Shown: piece after piece, positions 12,320 through 28,863 of the stretch
Layout of the letters: each line of letters opens with the position of its first letter
How positions within the stretch are numbered: the stretch's first letter is position 1
NCBI GenBank assembly: GCA_964057225.1
Contig: CAXKVF010000082.1
Location: 1 to 64,000, forward strand
Direction of reading: 5' to 3'
From: Auanema rhodensis
Lineage: Eukaryota > Animalia > Nematoda
DNA: 64,000 bases
Translations under genes and position numbers: made by a program
Notes under the pieces: generated by a model
Database searches by the model: none
Told to the model about the DNA's origin: nothing
The model's input: the letters and a program-made list of their open reading frames with translations, nothing else

Positions 12320-15300
12320 GTTACATACCAAGTGCACATCACGTGTACATTTAATTAGCATAAATTAAAGTTCACGTAAATTTCAAAGTCATGGTTACCA
12401 TGAACCAATATCAATAAAAATTTGTTTTTAGACTAATATGGACATGGGGAATCTAATTTTGAAAACCGCATCTCTTTATCTTTCACGTGAAGCGAGTTAC
12501 ATACCAAGTGCACATCACGTGTACATTTAATTAGCATAAATTAAAGTTCACGTAAATTTCAAAGTCATGGTTACCATGAACCAATATCAATAAAAATTTG
12601 TTTTTAGACTAATATGGACATGGGGAATCTAATTTTGAAAACCGCATCTCTTTATCTTTCACGTGAAGCGAGTTACATACCAAGTGCACATCACGTGTAC
12701 ATTTAATTAGCATAAATTAAAGTTCACGTAAATTTCAAAGTCATGGTTACCATGAACCAATATCAATAAAAATTTGTTTTTAGACTAATATGGACATGAG
12801 GAATCTAATTTTGAAAACCGCATCTCTTTATCTTTCACGTGAAGCGAGTTACATACCAAGTGCACATCACGTGTACATTTAATTAGCATAAATTAAAGTT
12901 CACGTAAAATTCAAAGTCATGGTTACCATGAACCAATATCAATAAAAATTTGTTTTTAGACTAATATGGACATGGGGAATCTAATTTTGAAAACCGCATC
13001 TCTTTATCTTTCACGTGTAGCGAGTTACATACCAAGTGCACATCACGTGTTCATTTAATTAGCATAAATTAAAGTTCACGTAAATTTCAAAGTCATGGTT
13101 ACCATGAACCAATATCAATAAAAATTTGTTTTTAGACTAATATGGACATGGGGAATCTAATTTTGAAAACCGCATCTCTTCATCTTTCACGTGAAGCGAG
13201 TTACATACCAAGTGCACATCACGTGTACATTTAATTAGCATAAATTAAAGTTCACGTAAATTTCAAAGTCATGGTTACCATGAACCAATATCAATAAAAA
13301 TTTGTTTTTAGACTAATATGGACATGGGGAATCTAATTTTGAAAACCGCATCTCTTTATCTTTCACGTGAAGCGAGTTACATACCAAGTGCACATCACGT
13401 GTACATTTAATTAGCATAAATTAAAGTTCACGTAAATTTCAAAGTCATGGTTACCATAAACCAATATCAATAAAAATTTGTTTTTAGACTAATATGGACA
13501 TGGGGAATCTAATTTTGAAAACCGCATCTCTTTATCTTTCACGTGAAGCGAGTTACATACCAAGTGCACATCACGTGTACATTTAATTAGCATAAATTGA
13601 AGTTCACGTAAATTTCAAAGTCATGGTTACCATGAACCAATATCAATAAAAATTTGTTTTTAGACTAATATGGACATGGGGAATCTAATTTTGAAAACCG
13701 CATCTTTTTATCTTTCACGTGAAGCGAGTTACATACCAAGTGCACATCACGTGTACATTTAATTAGCATAAATTAAAGTTCACGTAAATTTCAAAGTCAT
13801 GGTTACCATGCACCAATATCAATAAAAATTTGTTTTTAGACTAATATGGACATGGGGAATCTAATTTTGAAAACCGCATCTCTTTATCTTTCACGTGAAG
13901 CGAGTCACATACCAAGTGCACATCACGTGTACATTTAATTAGCATAAATTAAAGTTCACGTAAATTTCAAAGTCATGGTTACCATGAACCAATATCAATA
14001 AAAATTTGTTTTTAGACTAATATGGACATGGGGAATCTAATTTTGAAAACCGCATCTCTTTATCTTTCACGTGAAGCGAGTTACATACCAAGTGCACATC
14101 ACGTGTACATTTAATTAGCATAAATTAAAGTTCACGTAAATTTCAAAGTCATGGTTACCATGAACCAATATCAATAAAAATTTGTTTTTAGACTAATATG
14201 GACATGGGGAATCTAATTTTGAAAACCGCATCTCTTTATCTTTCACGTGAAGCGAAATACATACCAAGTGCACATCACGTGTACATTTAATTAGCATAAA
14301 TTAAAGTTCACGTAAATTTCAAAGTCATGGTTACCATGAACCAATATCAATAAAAATTTGTTTTTAGACTAATATGGACATGGGGAATCTAATTTTGAAA
14401 ACCGCATCTCTTTATCTTTCACGTGAAGCGAGTTACATACCAAGTGCACATCACGTGTACATTTAATTAGCATAAATTAAAGTTCACGTAAATTTCAAAG
14501 TCATGGTTACCATGAACCAATATCAATAAAAATTTGTTTTTAGACTAATATGGACATGGGGAATCTAATTTTGAAAACCGCATCTCTTTATCTTTCACGT
14601 GAAGCGAGTTACATACCAAGTGCACATCACGTGTACATTTAATTAGCATAAATTAAAGTTCACGTAAATTTCAAAGTCATGGTTACCATGAACCAATATC
14701 AATAAAAATTTGTTTTTAGACTAATATGGACATGGGGAATCTAATTTTGAAAACCGCATCTCTTTATCTTTCACGTGAAGCGAGTTACATACCAAGTGCA
14801 CATCACGTGTACATTTAATTAGCATAAATTAAAGTTCACGTAAATTTCAAAGTCATGGTTACCATGAACCAATATCAATAAAAATTTGTTTTTAGACTAA
14901 TATGGACATGGGGAATCTAATTTTGAAAACCGCATCTCTTTATCTTTCACGTGAAGCGAGTTACATACCAAGTGCACATCACGTGTACATTTAATTAGCA
15001 TAAATTAAAGTTCACGTAAATTTCAAAGTCATGGTTACCATGAACCAATATCAATAAAAATTTGTTTTTAGACTAATATGGACATGGGGAATCTAATTTT
15101 GAAAACCGCATCTCTTTATCTTTCACGTGAAGCGAGTTACATACCAAGTGCACATCACGTGTACATTTAATTAGCATAAATTAAAGTTCACGTAAATTTC
15201 AAAGTCATGGTTACCATGAACCAATATCAATAAAAATTTGTTTTTAGACTAATATGGACATGAGGAATCTAATTTTGAAAACCGCATCTCTTTATCTTTC

Positions 15301-17247
15301 ACGTGAAGCGAGTTACATACCAAGTGCACATCACGTGTACATTTAATTAGCATAAATTAAAGTTCACGTAAAATTCAAAGTCATGGTTACCATGAACCAA
15401 TATCAATAAAAATTTGTTTTTAGACTAATATGGACATGGGGAATCTAATTTTGAAAACCGCATCTCTTTATCTTTCACGTGTAGCGAGTTACATACCAAG
15501 TGCACATCACGTGTTCATTTAATTAGCATAAATTAAAGTTCACGTAAATTTCAAAGTCATGGTTACCATGAACCAATATCAATAAAAATTTGTTTTTAGA
15601 CTAATATGGACATGGGGAATCTAATTTTGAAAACCGCATCTCTTCATCTTTCACGTGAAGCGAGTTACATACCAAGTGCACATCACGTGTACATTTAATT
15701 AGCATAAATTAAAGTTCACGTAAATTTCAAAGTCATGGTTACCATGAACCAATATCAATAAAAATTTGTTTTTAGACTAATATGGACATGGGGAATCTAA
15801 TTTTGAAAACCGCATCTCTTTATCTTTCACGTGAAGCGAGTTACATACCAAGTGCACATCACGTGTACATTTAATTAGCATAAATTAAAGTTCACGTAAA
15901 TTTCAAAGTCATGGTTACCATAAACCAATATCAATAAAAATTTGTTTTTAGACTAATATGGACATGGGGAATCTAATTTTGAAAACCGCATCTCTTTATC
16001 TTTCACGTGAAGCGAGTTACATACCAAGTGCACATCACGTGTACATTTAATTAGCATAAATTGAAGTTCACGTAAATTTCAAAGTCATGGTTACCATGAA
16101 CCAATATCAATAAAAATTTGTTTTTAGACTAATATGGACATGGGGAATCTAATTTTGAAAACCGCATCTCTTTATCTTTCACGTGAAGCGAGTTACATAC
16201 CAAGTGCACATCACGTGTACATTTAATTAGCATAAATTAAAGTTCACGTAAATTTCAAAGTCATGGTTACCATGCACCAATATCAATAAAAATTTGTTTT
16301 TAGACTAATATGGACATGGGGAATCTAATTTTGAAAACCGCATCTCTTTATCTTTCACGTGAAGCGAGTCACATACCAAGTGCACATCACGTGTACATTT
16401 AATTAGCATAAATTAAAGTTCACGTAAATTTCAAAGTCATGGTTACCATGAACCAATATCAATAAAAATTTGTTTTTAGACTAATATGGACATGGGGAAT
16501 CTAATTTTGAAAACCGCATCTCTTTATCTTTCACGTGAAGCGAGTTACATACCAAGTGCACATCACGTGTACATTTAATTAGCATAAATTAAAGTTCACG
16601 TAAATTTCAAAGTCATGGTTACCATGAACCAATATCAATAAAAATTTGTTTTTAGACTAATATGGACATGGGGAATCTAATTTTGAAAACCGCATCTCTT
16701 TATCTTTCACGTGAAGCGAAATACATACCAAGTGCACATCACGTGTACATTTAATTAGCATAAATTAAAGTTCACGTAAATTTCAAAGTCATGGTTACCA
16801 TGAACCAATATCAATAAAAATTTGTTTTTAGACTAATATGGACATGGGGAATCTAATTTTGAAAACCGCATCTCTTTATCTTTCACGTGAAGCGAGTTAC
16901 ATACCAAGTGCACATCACGTGTACATTTAATTAGCATAAATTAAAGTTCACGTAAATTTCAAAGTCATGGTTACCATGAACCAATATCAATAAAAATTTG
17001 TTTTTAGACTAATATGGACATGGGGAATCTAATTTTGAAAACCGCATCTCTTTATCTTTCACGTGAAGCGAGTTACATACCAAGTGCACATCACGTGTAC
17101 ATTTAATTAGCATAAATTAAAGTTCACGTAAATTTCAAAGTCATGGTTACCATGAACCAATATCAATAAAAATTTGTTTTTAGACTAATATGGACATGGG
17201 GAATCTAATTTTGAAAACCGCATCTCTTTATCTTTCACGTGAAGCGA
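12320..17247. repeat. Tandem duplication of a 14-monomer (2464 bp) higher-order unit
   Basis: The ordered rare variants A128 (12799/15263), A62+T171, T28+C158, A83 (13458/15922), G48 (13599/16063), C84, C3 and GCGAAATAC (14256/16720) all recur at exactly +2464. Confidence 0.9.
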
Positions 17248-20200
17248 GTTACATACCAAGTGCACATCACGTGTACATTTAATTAGCATAAATTAAAGTT
17301 CACGTAAATTTCAAAGTCATGGTTACCATGCACCAATATCAATAAAAATTTGTTTTTAGACTAATATGGACATGGGGAATCTAATTTTGAAAACCGCATC
17401 TCTTTATCTTTCACGTGAAGCGAGTCACATACCAAGTGCACATCACGTGTACATTTAATTAGCATAAATTAAAGTTCACGTAAATTTCAAACTCATGGTT
17501 ACCATGAACCAATATCAATAAAAATTTGTTTTTAGACTAATATGGACATGGGGAATCTAATTTTGAAAACCGCATCTCTTTATCTTTCACGTGAAGCGAG
17601 TTACATACCAAGTGCACATCACGTGTACATTTAATTAGCATAAATTAAAGTTCACGTAAATTTCAAAGTCATGGTTACCATGAACCAATATCAATAAAAA
17701 TTTGTTTTTAGACTAATATGGACATGGGGAATCTAATTTTGAAAACCGCATCTCTTTATCTTTCACGTGAAGCGAGTTACATACCAAGTGCACATCACGT
17801 GTACATTTAATTAGCATAAATTAAAGTTCACGTAAATTTCAAAGTCATGGTTACCATGAACCAATATCAATAAAAATTTGTTTTTAGACTAATATGGACA
17901 TGGGGAATCTAATTTTGAAAACCGCATCTCTTTATCTTTCACGTGAAGCGAGTTACATACCAAGTGCACATCACGTGTACATTTAATTAGCATAAATTAA
18001 AGTTCACGTAAATTTCAAAGTCATGGTTACCATGAACCAATATCAATAAAAATTTGTTTTTAGACTAATATGGACATGGGGAATCTAATTTTGAAAACCC
18101 CATCTCTTTATCTTTCACGTGAAGCGAGTTACATACCAAGTGCACATCACGTGTACATTTAATTAGCATAAATTAAAGTTCACGTAAATTTCAAAGTCAT
18201 GGTTACCATGCACCAATATCAATAAAAATTTGTTTTTAGACTAATATGGACATGGGCAATCTAATTTTGAAAACCGCATCTCTTTATCTTTCACGTGAAG
18301 CGAGTTACATACCAAGTGCACATCACGTGTACATTTAATTAGCATAAATTAAAGTTCACGTAAATTTCAAAGTCATGGTTACCATGCACCAATATCAATA
18401 AAAATTTGTTTTTAGACTAATATGGACATGGGCAATCTAATTTTGAAAACCGCATCTCTTTATCTTTCACGTGAAGCGAGTTACATACCAAGTGCACATC
18501 ACGTGTACATTTAATTAGCATAAATTAAAGTTCACGTAAATTTCAAAGTCATGGTTACCATGAACCAATATCAATAAAAATTTGTTTTTAGACTAATATG
18601 GACATGGGGAATCTAATTTTGAAAACCGCATCTCTTTATCTTTCACGTGAAGAAAGTTACATACCAAGTGCACATCACGTGTACATTTAATTAGCATAAA
18701 TTAAAGTTCACGTAAATTTCAAAGTCATGGTTACCATGAACCAATATCAATAAAAATTTGTTTTTAGACTAATATGGACATGGGGAATCTAATTTTGAAA
18801 ACCGCATCTCTTTATCTTTCACGTGAAGCGAGTTACATACCAAGTGCACATCACGTGTACATTTAATTAGCATAAATTAAAGTTCACGTAAATTTCAAAG
18901 TCATGGTTACCATGAACCAATATCAATAAAAATTTGTTTTTAGACTAATATGGACATGGGGAATCTAATTTTGAAAACCGCATCTCTTTATCTTTCACGT
19001 GAAGCGAGTTACATACCAAGTGCACATCACGTGTACATTTAATTAGCATAAATTAAAGTTCACGTAAATTTCAAAGTCATGGTTACCATGAACCAATATC
19101 AATAAAAATTTGTTTTTAGACTAATATGGACATGGGGAATCTAATTTTGAAAACCGCATCTCTTTATCTTTCACGTGAAGCGAGTTACATACCAAGTGCA
19201 CATCACGTGTACATTTAATTAGCATAAATTAAAGTTCACGTAAATTTCAAAGTCATGGTTACCATGAACCAATATCAATAAAAATTTGTTTTTAGACTAA
19301 TATGGACATGGGGAATCTAATTTTGAAAACCGCATCTCTTTATCTTTCACGTGTAGCGAGTTACATACCAAGTGCACATCACGTGTTCATTTAATTAGCA
19401 TAAATTAAAGTTCACGTAAATTTCAAAGTCATGGTTACCATGAACCAATATCAATAAAAATTTGTTTTTAGACTAATATGGACATGGGGAATCTAATTTT
19501 GAAAACCGCATCTCTTCATCTTTCACGTGAAGCGAGTTACATACCAAGTGCACATCACGTGTACATTTAATTAGCATAAATTAAAGTTCACGTAAATTTC
19601 AAAGTCATGGTTACCATGAACCAATATCAATAAAAATTTGTTTTTAGACTAATATGGACATGGGGAATCTAATTTTGAAAACCGCATCTCTTTATCTTTC
19701 ACGTGAAGCGAGTTACATACCAAGTGCACATCACGTGTACATTTAATTAGCATAAATTAAAGTTCACGTAAATTTCAAAGTCATGGTTACCATGAACCAA
19801 TATCAATAAAAATTTGTTTTTAGACTAATATGGACATGGGGAATCTAATTTTGAAAACCGCATCTCTTTATCTTTCACGTGAAGCGAGTTACATACCAAG
19901 TGCACATCACGTGTACATTTAATTAGCATAAATTAAAGTTCACGTAAATTTCAAAGTCATGGTTACCATGAACCAATATCAATAAAAATTTGTTTTTAGA
20001 CTAATATGGACATGGGGAATCTAATTTTGAAAACCGCATCTCTTTATCTTTCACGTGAAGCGAGTTACATACCAAGTGCACATCACGTGTACATTTAATT
20101 AGCATAAATTAAAGTTCACGTAAATTTCAAAGTCATGGTTACCATGAACCAATATCAATAAAAATTTGTTTTTAGACTAATATGGACATGGGGAATCTAA

Positions 20201-23200
20201 TTTTGAAAACCGCATCTCTTTATCTTTCACGTGAAGCGAGTTACATACCAAGTGCACATCACGTGTACATTTAATTAGCATAAATTAAAGTTCACGTAAA
20301 ATTCAAAGTCATGGTTACCATGAACCAATATCAATAAAAATTTGTTTTTAGACTAATATGGACATGGGGAATCTAATTTTGAAAACCGCATCTCTTTATC
20401 TTTCACGTGTAGCGAGTTACATACCAAGTGCACATCACGTGTTCATTTAATTAGCATAAATTAAAGTTCACGTAAATTTCAAAGTCATGGTTACCATGAA
20501 CCAATATCAATAAAAATTTGTTTTTAGACTAATATGGACATGGGGAATCTTATTTTGAAAACCGCATCTCTTCATCTTTCACGTGAAGCGAGTTACATAC
20601 CAAGTGCACATCACGTGTACATTTAATTAGCATAAATTAAAGTTCACGTAAATTTCAAAGTCATGGTTACCATGAACCAATATCAATAAAAATTTGTTTT
20701 TAGACTAATATGGACATGGGGAATCTAATTTTGAAAACCGCATCTCTTTATCTTTCACGTGAAGCGAGTTACATACCAAGTGCACATCACGTGTACATTT
20801 AATTAGCATAAATTAAAGTTCACGTAAATTTCAAAGTCATGGTTACCATAAACCAATATCAATAAAAATTTGTTTTTAGACTAATATGGACATGGGGAAT
20901 CTAATTTTGAAAACCGCATCTCTTTATCTTTCACGTGAAGCGAGTTACATACCAAGTGCACATCACGTGTACATTTAATTAGCATAAATTAAAGTTCACG
21001 TAAATTTCAAAGTCATGGTTACCATGAACCAATATCAATAAAAATTTGTTTTTAGACTAATTTGGACATGGGGAATCTAATTTTGAAAACCGCATCTCTT
21101 TATCTTTCACGTGAAGCGAGTTACATACCAAGTGCACATCACGTGTACATTTAATTAGCATAAATTAAAGTTCACGTAAATTTCAAAGTCATGGTTACCA
21201 TGCACCAATATCAATAAAAATTTGTTTTTAGACTAATATGGACATGGGGAATCTAATTTTGAAAACCGCATCTCTTTATCTTTCACGTGAAGCGAGTCAC
21301 ATACCAAGTGCACATCACGTGTACATTTAATTAGCATAAATTAAAGTTCACGTAAATTTCAAAGTCATGGTTACCATGAACCAATATCAATAAAAATTTG
21401 TTTTTAGACTAATATGGACATGGGGAATCTAATTTTGAAAACCGCATCTCTTTATCTTTCACGTGAAGCGAGTTACATACCAAGTGCACATCACGTGTAC
21501 ATTTAATTAGCATAAATTAAAGTTCACGTAAATTTCAAAGTCATGGTTACCATGAACCAATATCAATAAAAATTTGTTTTTAGACTAATATGGACATGGG
21601 GAATCTAATTTTGAAAACCGCATCTCTTTATCTTTCACGTGAAGCGAGTTACATACCAAGTGCACATCACGTGTACATTTAATTAGCATAAATTAAAGTT
21701 CACGTAAATTTCAAAGTCATGGTTACCATGAACCAATATCAATAAAAATTTGTTTTTAGACTAATATGGACATGGGGAATCTAATTTTGAAAACCGCATC
21801 TCTTTATCTTTCACGTGAAGCGAGTTACATACCAAGTGCACATCACGTGTACATTTAATTAGCATAAATTAAAGTTCACGTAAATTTCAAAGTCATGGTT
21901 ACCATGAACCAATATCAATAAAAATTTGTTTTTAGACTAATATGGACATGGGGAATCTAATTTTGAAAACCGCATCTCTTCATCTTTCACGTGAAGCGAG
22001 TTACATACCAAGTGCACATCACGTGTACATTTAATTAGCATAAATTAAAGTTCACGTTAATTTTAAAGTCATGGTTACCATGAACCAATATCAATAAAAA
22101 TTTGTTTTTAGACTAATATGGACATGGGGAATCTAATTTTGAAAACCGCATCTCTTTATCTTTCACGTGAAGCGAGTTACATACCAAGTGCACATCACGT
22201 GTACATTTAATTAGCATAAATTAAAGTTCACGTAAATTTCAAAGTCATGGTTACCATGAACCAATATCAATAAAAATTTGTTTTTAGACTAATATGGACA
22301 TGGGGAATCTAATTTTGAAAACCGCATCTCTTTATCTTTCACGTGAAGCGAGTTACATACCAAGTGCACATCACGTGTACATTTAATTAGCATAAATTAA
22401 AGTTCACGTAAATTTCAAAGTCATGGTTACCATGAACCAATATCAATAAAAATTTGTTTTTAGACTAATATGGACATGGGGAATCTAATTTTGAAAACCG
22501 CATCTCTTTATCTTTCACGTGAAGCGAGTTACATACCAAGTGCACATCACGTGTACATTTAATTAGCATAAATTAAAGTTCACGTAAATTTCAAAGTCAT
22601 GGTTACCATGCACCAATATCAATAAAAATTTGTTTTTAGACTAATATGGACATGGGGAATCTAATTTTGAAAACCGCATCTCTTTATCTTTCACGTGAAG
22701 CGAGTCACATACCAAGTGCACATCACGTGTACATTTAATTAGCATAAATTAAAGTTCACGTAAATTTCAAAGTCATGGTTACCATGAACCAATATCAATA
22801 AAAATTTGTTTTTAGACTAATATGGACATGGGGAATCTAATTTTGAAAACCGCATCTCTTTATCTTTCACGTGAAGCGAGTTACATACCAAGTGCACATC
22901 ACGTGTACATTTAATTAGCATAAATTAAAGTTCACGTAAATTTCAAAGTCATGGTTACCATGAACCAATATCAATAAAAATTTGTTTTTAGACTAATATG
23001 GACATGGGGAATCTAATTTTGAAAACCGCATCTCTTTATCTTTCACGTGAAGCGAGTTACATACCAAGTGCACATCACGTGTACATTTAATTAGCATAAA
23101 TTAAAGTTCACTTAAATTTCAAAGTCATGGTTACCATGAACCAATATCAATAAAAATTTGTTTTTAGACTAATATGGACATGGGGAATCTAATTTTGAAA

Positions 23201-23231
23201 ACCGCATCTCTTTATCTTTCACGTGAAGCGA

Positions 23232-26200
23232 GTTACATACCAAGTGCACATCACGTGTACATTTAATTAGCATAAATTAAAGTTCACGTAAATTTCAAAG
23301 TCATGGTTACCATGAACCAATATCAATAAAAATTTGTTTTTAGACTAATATGGACATGGGGAATCTAATTTTGAAAACCCCATCTCTTTATCTTTCACGT
23401 GAAGCGAGTTACATACCAAGTGCACATCACGTGTACATTTAATTAGCATAAATTAAAGTTCACGTAAATTTCAAAGTCATGGTTACCATGCACCAATATC
23501 AATAAAAATTTGTTTTTAGACTAATATGGACATGGGCAATCTAATTTTGAAAACCGCATCTCTTTATCTTTCACGTGAAGCGAGTTACATACCAAGTGCA
23601 CATCACGTGTACATTTAATTAGCATAAATTAAAGTTCACGTAAAATTCAAAGTCATGGTTACCATGAACCAATATCAATAAAAATTTGTTTTTAGACTAA
23701 TATGGACATGGGGAATCTAATTTTGAAAACCGCATCTCTTTATCTTTCACGTGAAGCAAGTTACATACCAAGTGCACATCACGTGTACATTTAATTAGCA
23801 TAAATTAAAGTTCACGTAAATTTCAAAGTCATGGTTACCATGAACCAATATCAATAAAAATTTGTTTTTAGACTAATATGGACATGGGGAATCTAATTTT
23901 GAAAACCGCATCTCTTTATCTTTCACGTGAAGCGAGTTACATACCAAGTGCACATCACGTGTACATTTAATTAGCATAAATTAAAGTTCACGTAAATTTC
24001 AAAGTCATGGTTACCATGAACCAATATCAATAAAAATTTGTTTTTAGACTAATATGGACATGGGGAATCTAATTTTGAAAACCGCATCTCTTTATCTTTC
24101 ACGTGAAGCGAGTTACATACCAAGTGCACATCACGTGTACATTTAATTAGCATAAATTAAAGTTCACGTAAATTTCAAAGTCATGGTTACCATGAACCAA
24201 TATCAATAAAAATTTGTTTTTAGACTAATATGGACATGGGGAATCTAATTTTGAAAACCGCATCTCTTTATCTTTCACGTGAAGCGAGTTACATACCAAG
24301 TGCACATCACGTGTACATTTAATTAGCATAAATTAAAGTTCACGTAAAATTCAAAGTCATGGTTACCATGAACCAATATCAATAAAAATTTGTTTTTAGA
24401 CTAATATGGACATGGGGAATCTAATTTTGAAAACCGCATCTCTTTATCTTTCACGTGTAGCGAGTTACATACCAAGTGCACATCACGTGTTCATTTAATT
24501 AGCATAAATTAAAGTTCACGTAAATTTCAAAGTCATGGTTACCATGAACCAATATCAATAAAAATTTGTTTTTAGACTAATATGGACATGGGGAATCTAA
24601 TTTCGAAAACCGCATCTCTTCATCTTTCACGTGAAGCGAGTTACATACCAAGTGCACATCACGTGTACATTTAATTAGCATAAATTAAAGTTCACGTAAA
24701 TTTCAAAGTCATGGTTACCATGCACCAATATCAATAAAAATTTGTTTTTGGACTAATATGGACATGGGGAATCTAATTTTGAAAACCGCATCTCTTTATC
24801 TTTCACGTGAAGCGAGTTACATACCAAGTGCACATCACGTGTACATTTAATTAGCATAAATTAAAGTTCACGTAAATTTCAAAGTCATGGTTACCATGAA
24901 CCAATATCAATAAAAATTTGTTTTTAGACTAATATGGACATGGGGAATCTAATTTTGAAAACCGCATCTCTTTATCTTTCACGTGAAGCGAGTTACATAC
25001 CAAGTGCACATCACGTGTACATTTAATTAGCATAAATTAAAGTTCACGTAAATTTCAAAGTCATGGTTACCATGAACCAATATCAATAAAAATTTGTTTT
25101 TAGACTAATATGGACATGGGGAATCTAATTTTGAAAACCGCATCTCTTCATCTTTCACGTGAAGCGAGTTACATACCAAGTGCACATCACGTGTACATTT
25201 AATTAGCATAAATTAAAGTTCACGTAAATTTCAAAGTCATGGTTACCATGAACCAATATCAATAAAAATTTGTTTTTAGACTAATATGGACATGGGGAAT
25301 CTAATTTTGAAAACCGCATCTCTTTATCTTTCACGTGAAGCGAGTTACATACCAAGTGCACATCACGTGTACATTTAATTAGCATAAATTAAAGTTCACG
25401 TAAATTTCAAAGTCATGGTTACCATGCACCAATATCAATAAAAATTTGTTTTTAGACTAATATGGACATGGGGAATCTAATTTTGAAAACCGCATCTCTT
25501 TATCTTTCACGTGAAGCGAGTTACATACCAAGTGCACATCACGTGTACATTTAATTAGCATAAATTAAAGTTCACGTAAATTTCAAAGTCATGGTTACCA
25601 TGAACCAATATCAATAAAAATTTGTTTTTAGACTAATATGGACATGGGGAATCTAATTTTGAAAACCGCATCTCTTTATCTTTCACGTGAAGCGAGTTAC
25701 ATACCAAGTGCACATCACGTGTACATTTAATTAGCATAAATTAAAGTTCACGTAAATTTCAAAGTCATGGTTACCATGAACCAATATCAATAAAAATTTG
25801 TTTTTAGACTAATATGGACATGGGGAATCTAATTTTGAAAACCGCATCTCTTTATCTTTCACGTGAAGCGAGTTACATACCAAGTGCACATCACGTGTAC
25901 ATTTAATTAGCATAAATTAAAGTTCACGTAAATTTCAAAGTCATGGTTACCATGAACCAATATCAATAAAAATTTGTTTTTAGACTAATATGGACATGGG
26001 GAATCTAATTTTGAAAACCGCATCTCTTTATCTTTCACGTGAAGCGAGTTACATACCAAGTGCACATCACGTGTACATTTAATTAGCATAAATTAAAGTT
26101 CACGTAAATTTCAAAGTCATGGTTACCATGAACCAATATCAATAAAAATTTGTTTTTAGACTAATATGGACATGGGGAATCTAATTTTGAAAACCGCATC

Positions 26201-28863
26201 TCTTCATCTTTCACGTGAAGCGAGTTACATACCAAGTGCACATCACGTGTACATTTAATTAGCATAAATTAAAGTTCACGTAAATTTCAAAGTCATGGTT
26301 ACCATGAACCAATATCAATAAAAATTTGTTTTTAGACTAATATGGACATGGGGAATCTAATTTTGAAAACCGCATCTCTTTATCTTTCACGTGAAGCGAG
26401 TTACATACCAAGTGCACATCACGTGTACATTTAATTAGCATAAATTAAAGTTCACGTAAATTTCAAAGTCATGGTTACCATGCACCAATATCAATAAAAA
26501 TTTGTTTTTAGACTAATATGGACATGGGGAATCTAATTTTGAAAACCGCATCTCTTTATCTTTCACGTGAAGCGAGTTACATACCAAGTGCACATCACGT
26601 GTACATTTAATTAGCATAAATTAAAGTTCACGTAAATTTCAAAGTCATGGTTACCATGAACCAATATCAATAAAAATTTGTTTTTAGACTAATATGGACA
26701 TGGGGAATCTAATTTTGAAAACCGCATCTCTTTATCTTTCACGTGAAGCGAGTTACATACCAAGTGCACATCACGTGTACATTTAATTAGCATAAATTAA
26801 AGTTCACGTAAATTTCAAAGTCATGGTTACCATGAACCAATATCAATAAAAATTTGTTTTTAGACTAATATGGACATGGGGAATCTAATTTTGAAAACCG
26901 CATCTCTTCATCTTTCACGTGAAGCGAGTTACATACCAAGTGCACATCACGTGTACATTTAATTAGCATAAATTAAAGTTCACGTAAATTTCAAAGTCAT
27001 GGTTACCATGAACCAATATCAATAAAAATTTGTTTTTAGACTAATATGGACATGGGGAATCTAATTTTGAAAACCCCATCTCTTTATCTTTCACGTGAAG
27101 CGAGTTACATACCAAGTGCACATCACGTGTACATTTAATTAGCATAAATTAAAGTTCACGTAAATTTCAAAGTCATGGTTACCATGCACCAATATCAATA
27201 AAAATTTGTTTTTAGACTAATATGGACATGGGCAATCTAATTTTGAAAACCGCATCTCTTTATCTTTCACGTGAAGCGAGTTACATACCAAGTGCACATC
27301 ACGTGTACATTTAATTAGCATAAATTAAAGTTCACGTAAAATTCAAAGTCATGGTTACCATGAACCAATATCAATAAAAATTTGTTTTTAGACTAATATG
27401 GACATGGGGAATCTAATTTTGAAAACCGCATCTCTTTATCTTTCACGTGAAGCAAGTTACATACCAAGTGCACATCACGTGTACATTTAATTAGCATAAA
27501 TTAAAGTTCACGTAAATTTCAAAGTCATGGTTACCATGAACCAATATCAATAAAAATTTGTTTTTAGACTAATATGGACATGGGGAATCTAATTTTGAAA
27601 ACCGCATCTCTTTATCTTTCACGTGAAGCGAGTTACATACCAAGTGCACATCACGTGTACATTTAATTAGCATAAATTAAAGTTCACGTAAATTTCAAAG
27701 TCATGGTTACCATGAACCAATATCAATAAAAATTTGTTTTTAGACTAATATGGACATGGGGAATCTAATTTTGAAAACCGCATCTCTTTATCTTTCACGT
27801 GAAGCGAGTTACATACCAAGTGCACATCACGTGTACATTTAATTAGCATAAATTAAAGTTCACGTAAATTTCAAAGTCATGGTTACCATGAACCAATATC
27901 AATAAAAATTTGTTTTTAGACTAATATGGACATGGGGAATCTAATTTTGAAAACCGCATCTCTTTATCTTTCACGTGAAGCGAGTTACATACCAAGTGCA
28001 CATCACGTGTACATTTAATTAGCATAAATTAAAGTTCACGTAAAATTCAAAGTCATGGTTACCATGAACCAATATCAATAAAAATTTGTTTTTAGACTAA
28101 TATGGACATGGGGAATCTAATTTTGAAAACCGCATCTCTTTATCTTTCACGTGTAGCGAGTTACATACCAAGTGCACATCACGTGTTCATTTAATTAGCA
28201 TAAATTAAAGTTCACGTAAATTTCAAAGTCATGGTTACCATGAACCAATATCAATAAAAATTTGTTTTTAGACTAATATGGACATGGGGAATCTAATTTC
28301 GAAAACCGCATCTCTTCATCTTTCACGTGAAGCGAGTTACATACCAAGTGCACATCACGTGTACATTTAATTAGCATAAATTAAAGTTCACGTAAATTTC
28401 AAAGTCATGGTTACCATGCACCAATATCAATAAAAATTTGTTTTTGGACTAATATGGACATGGGGAATCTAATTTTGAAAACCGCATCTCTTTATCTTTC
28501 ACGTGAAGCGAGTTACATACCAAGTGCACATCACGTGTACATTTAATTAGCATAAATTAAAGTTCACGTAAATTTCAAAGTCATGGTTACCATGAACCAA
28601 TATCAATAAAAATTTGTTTTTAGACTAATATGGACATGGGGAATCTAATTTTGAAAACCGCATCTCTTTATCTTTCACGTGAAGCGAGTTACATACCAAG
28701 TGCACATCACGTGTACATTTAATTAGCATAAATTAAAGTTCACGTAAATTTCAAAGTCATGGTTACCATGAACCAATATCAATAAAAATTTGTTTTTAGA
28801 CTAATATGGACATGGGGAATCTAATTTTGAAAACCGCATCTCTTCATCTTTCACGTGAAGCGA
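23232..28863. repeat. Duplicated 11-monomer block at a 21-monomer (3696 bp) offset
   Basis: 23232-25167 and 26928-28863 share the order C149 | C84+C130 | A62+A175 | three consensus | A62+T171 | T28+C141+C158 | C84+G111 | consensus | C158. Confidence 0.85.
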
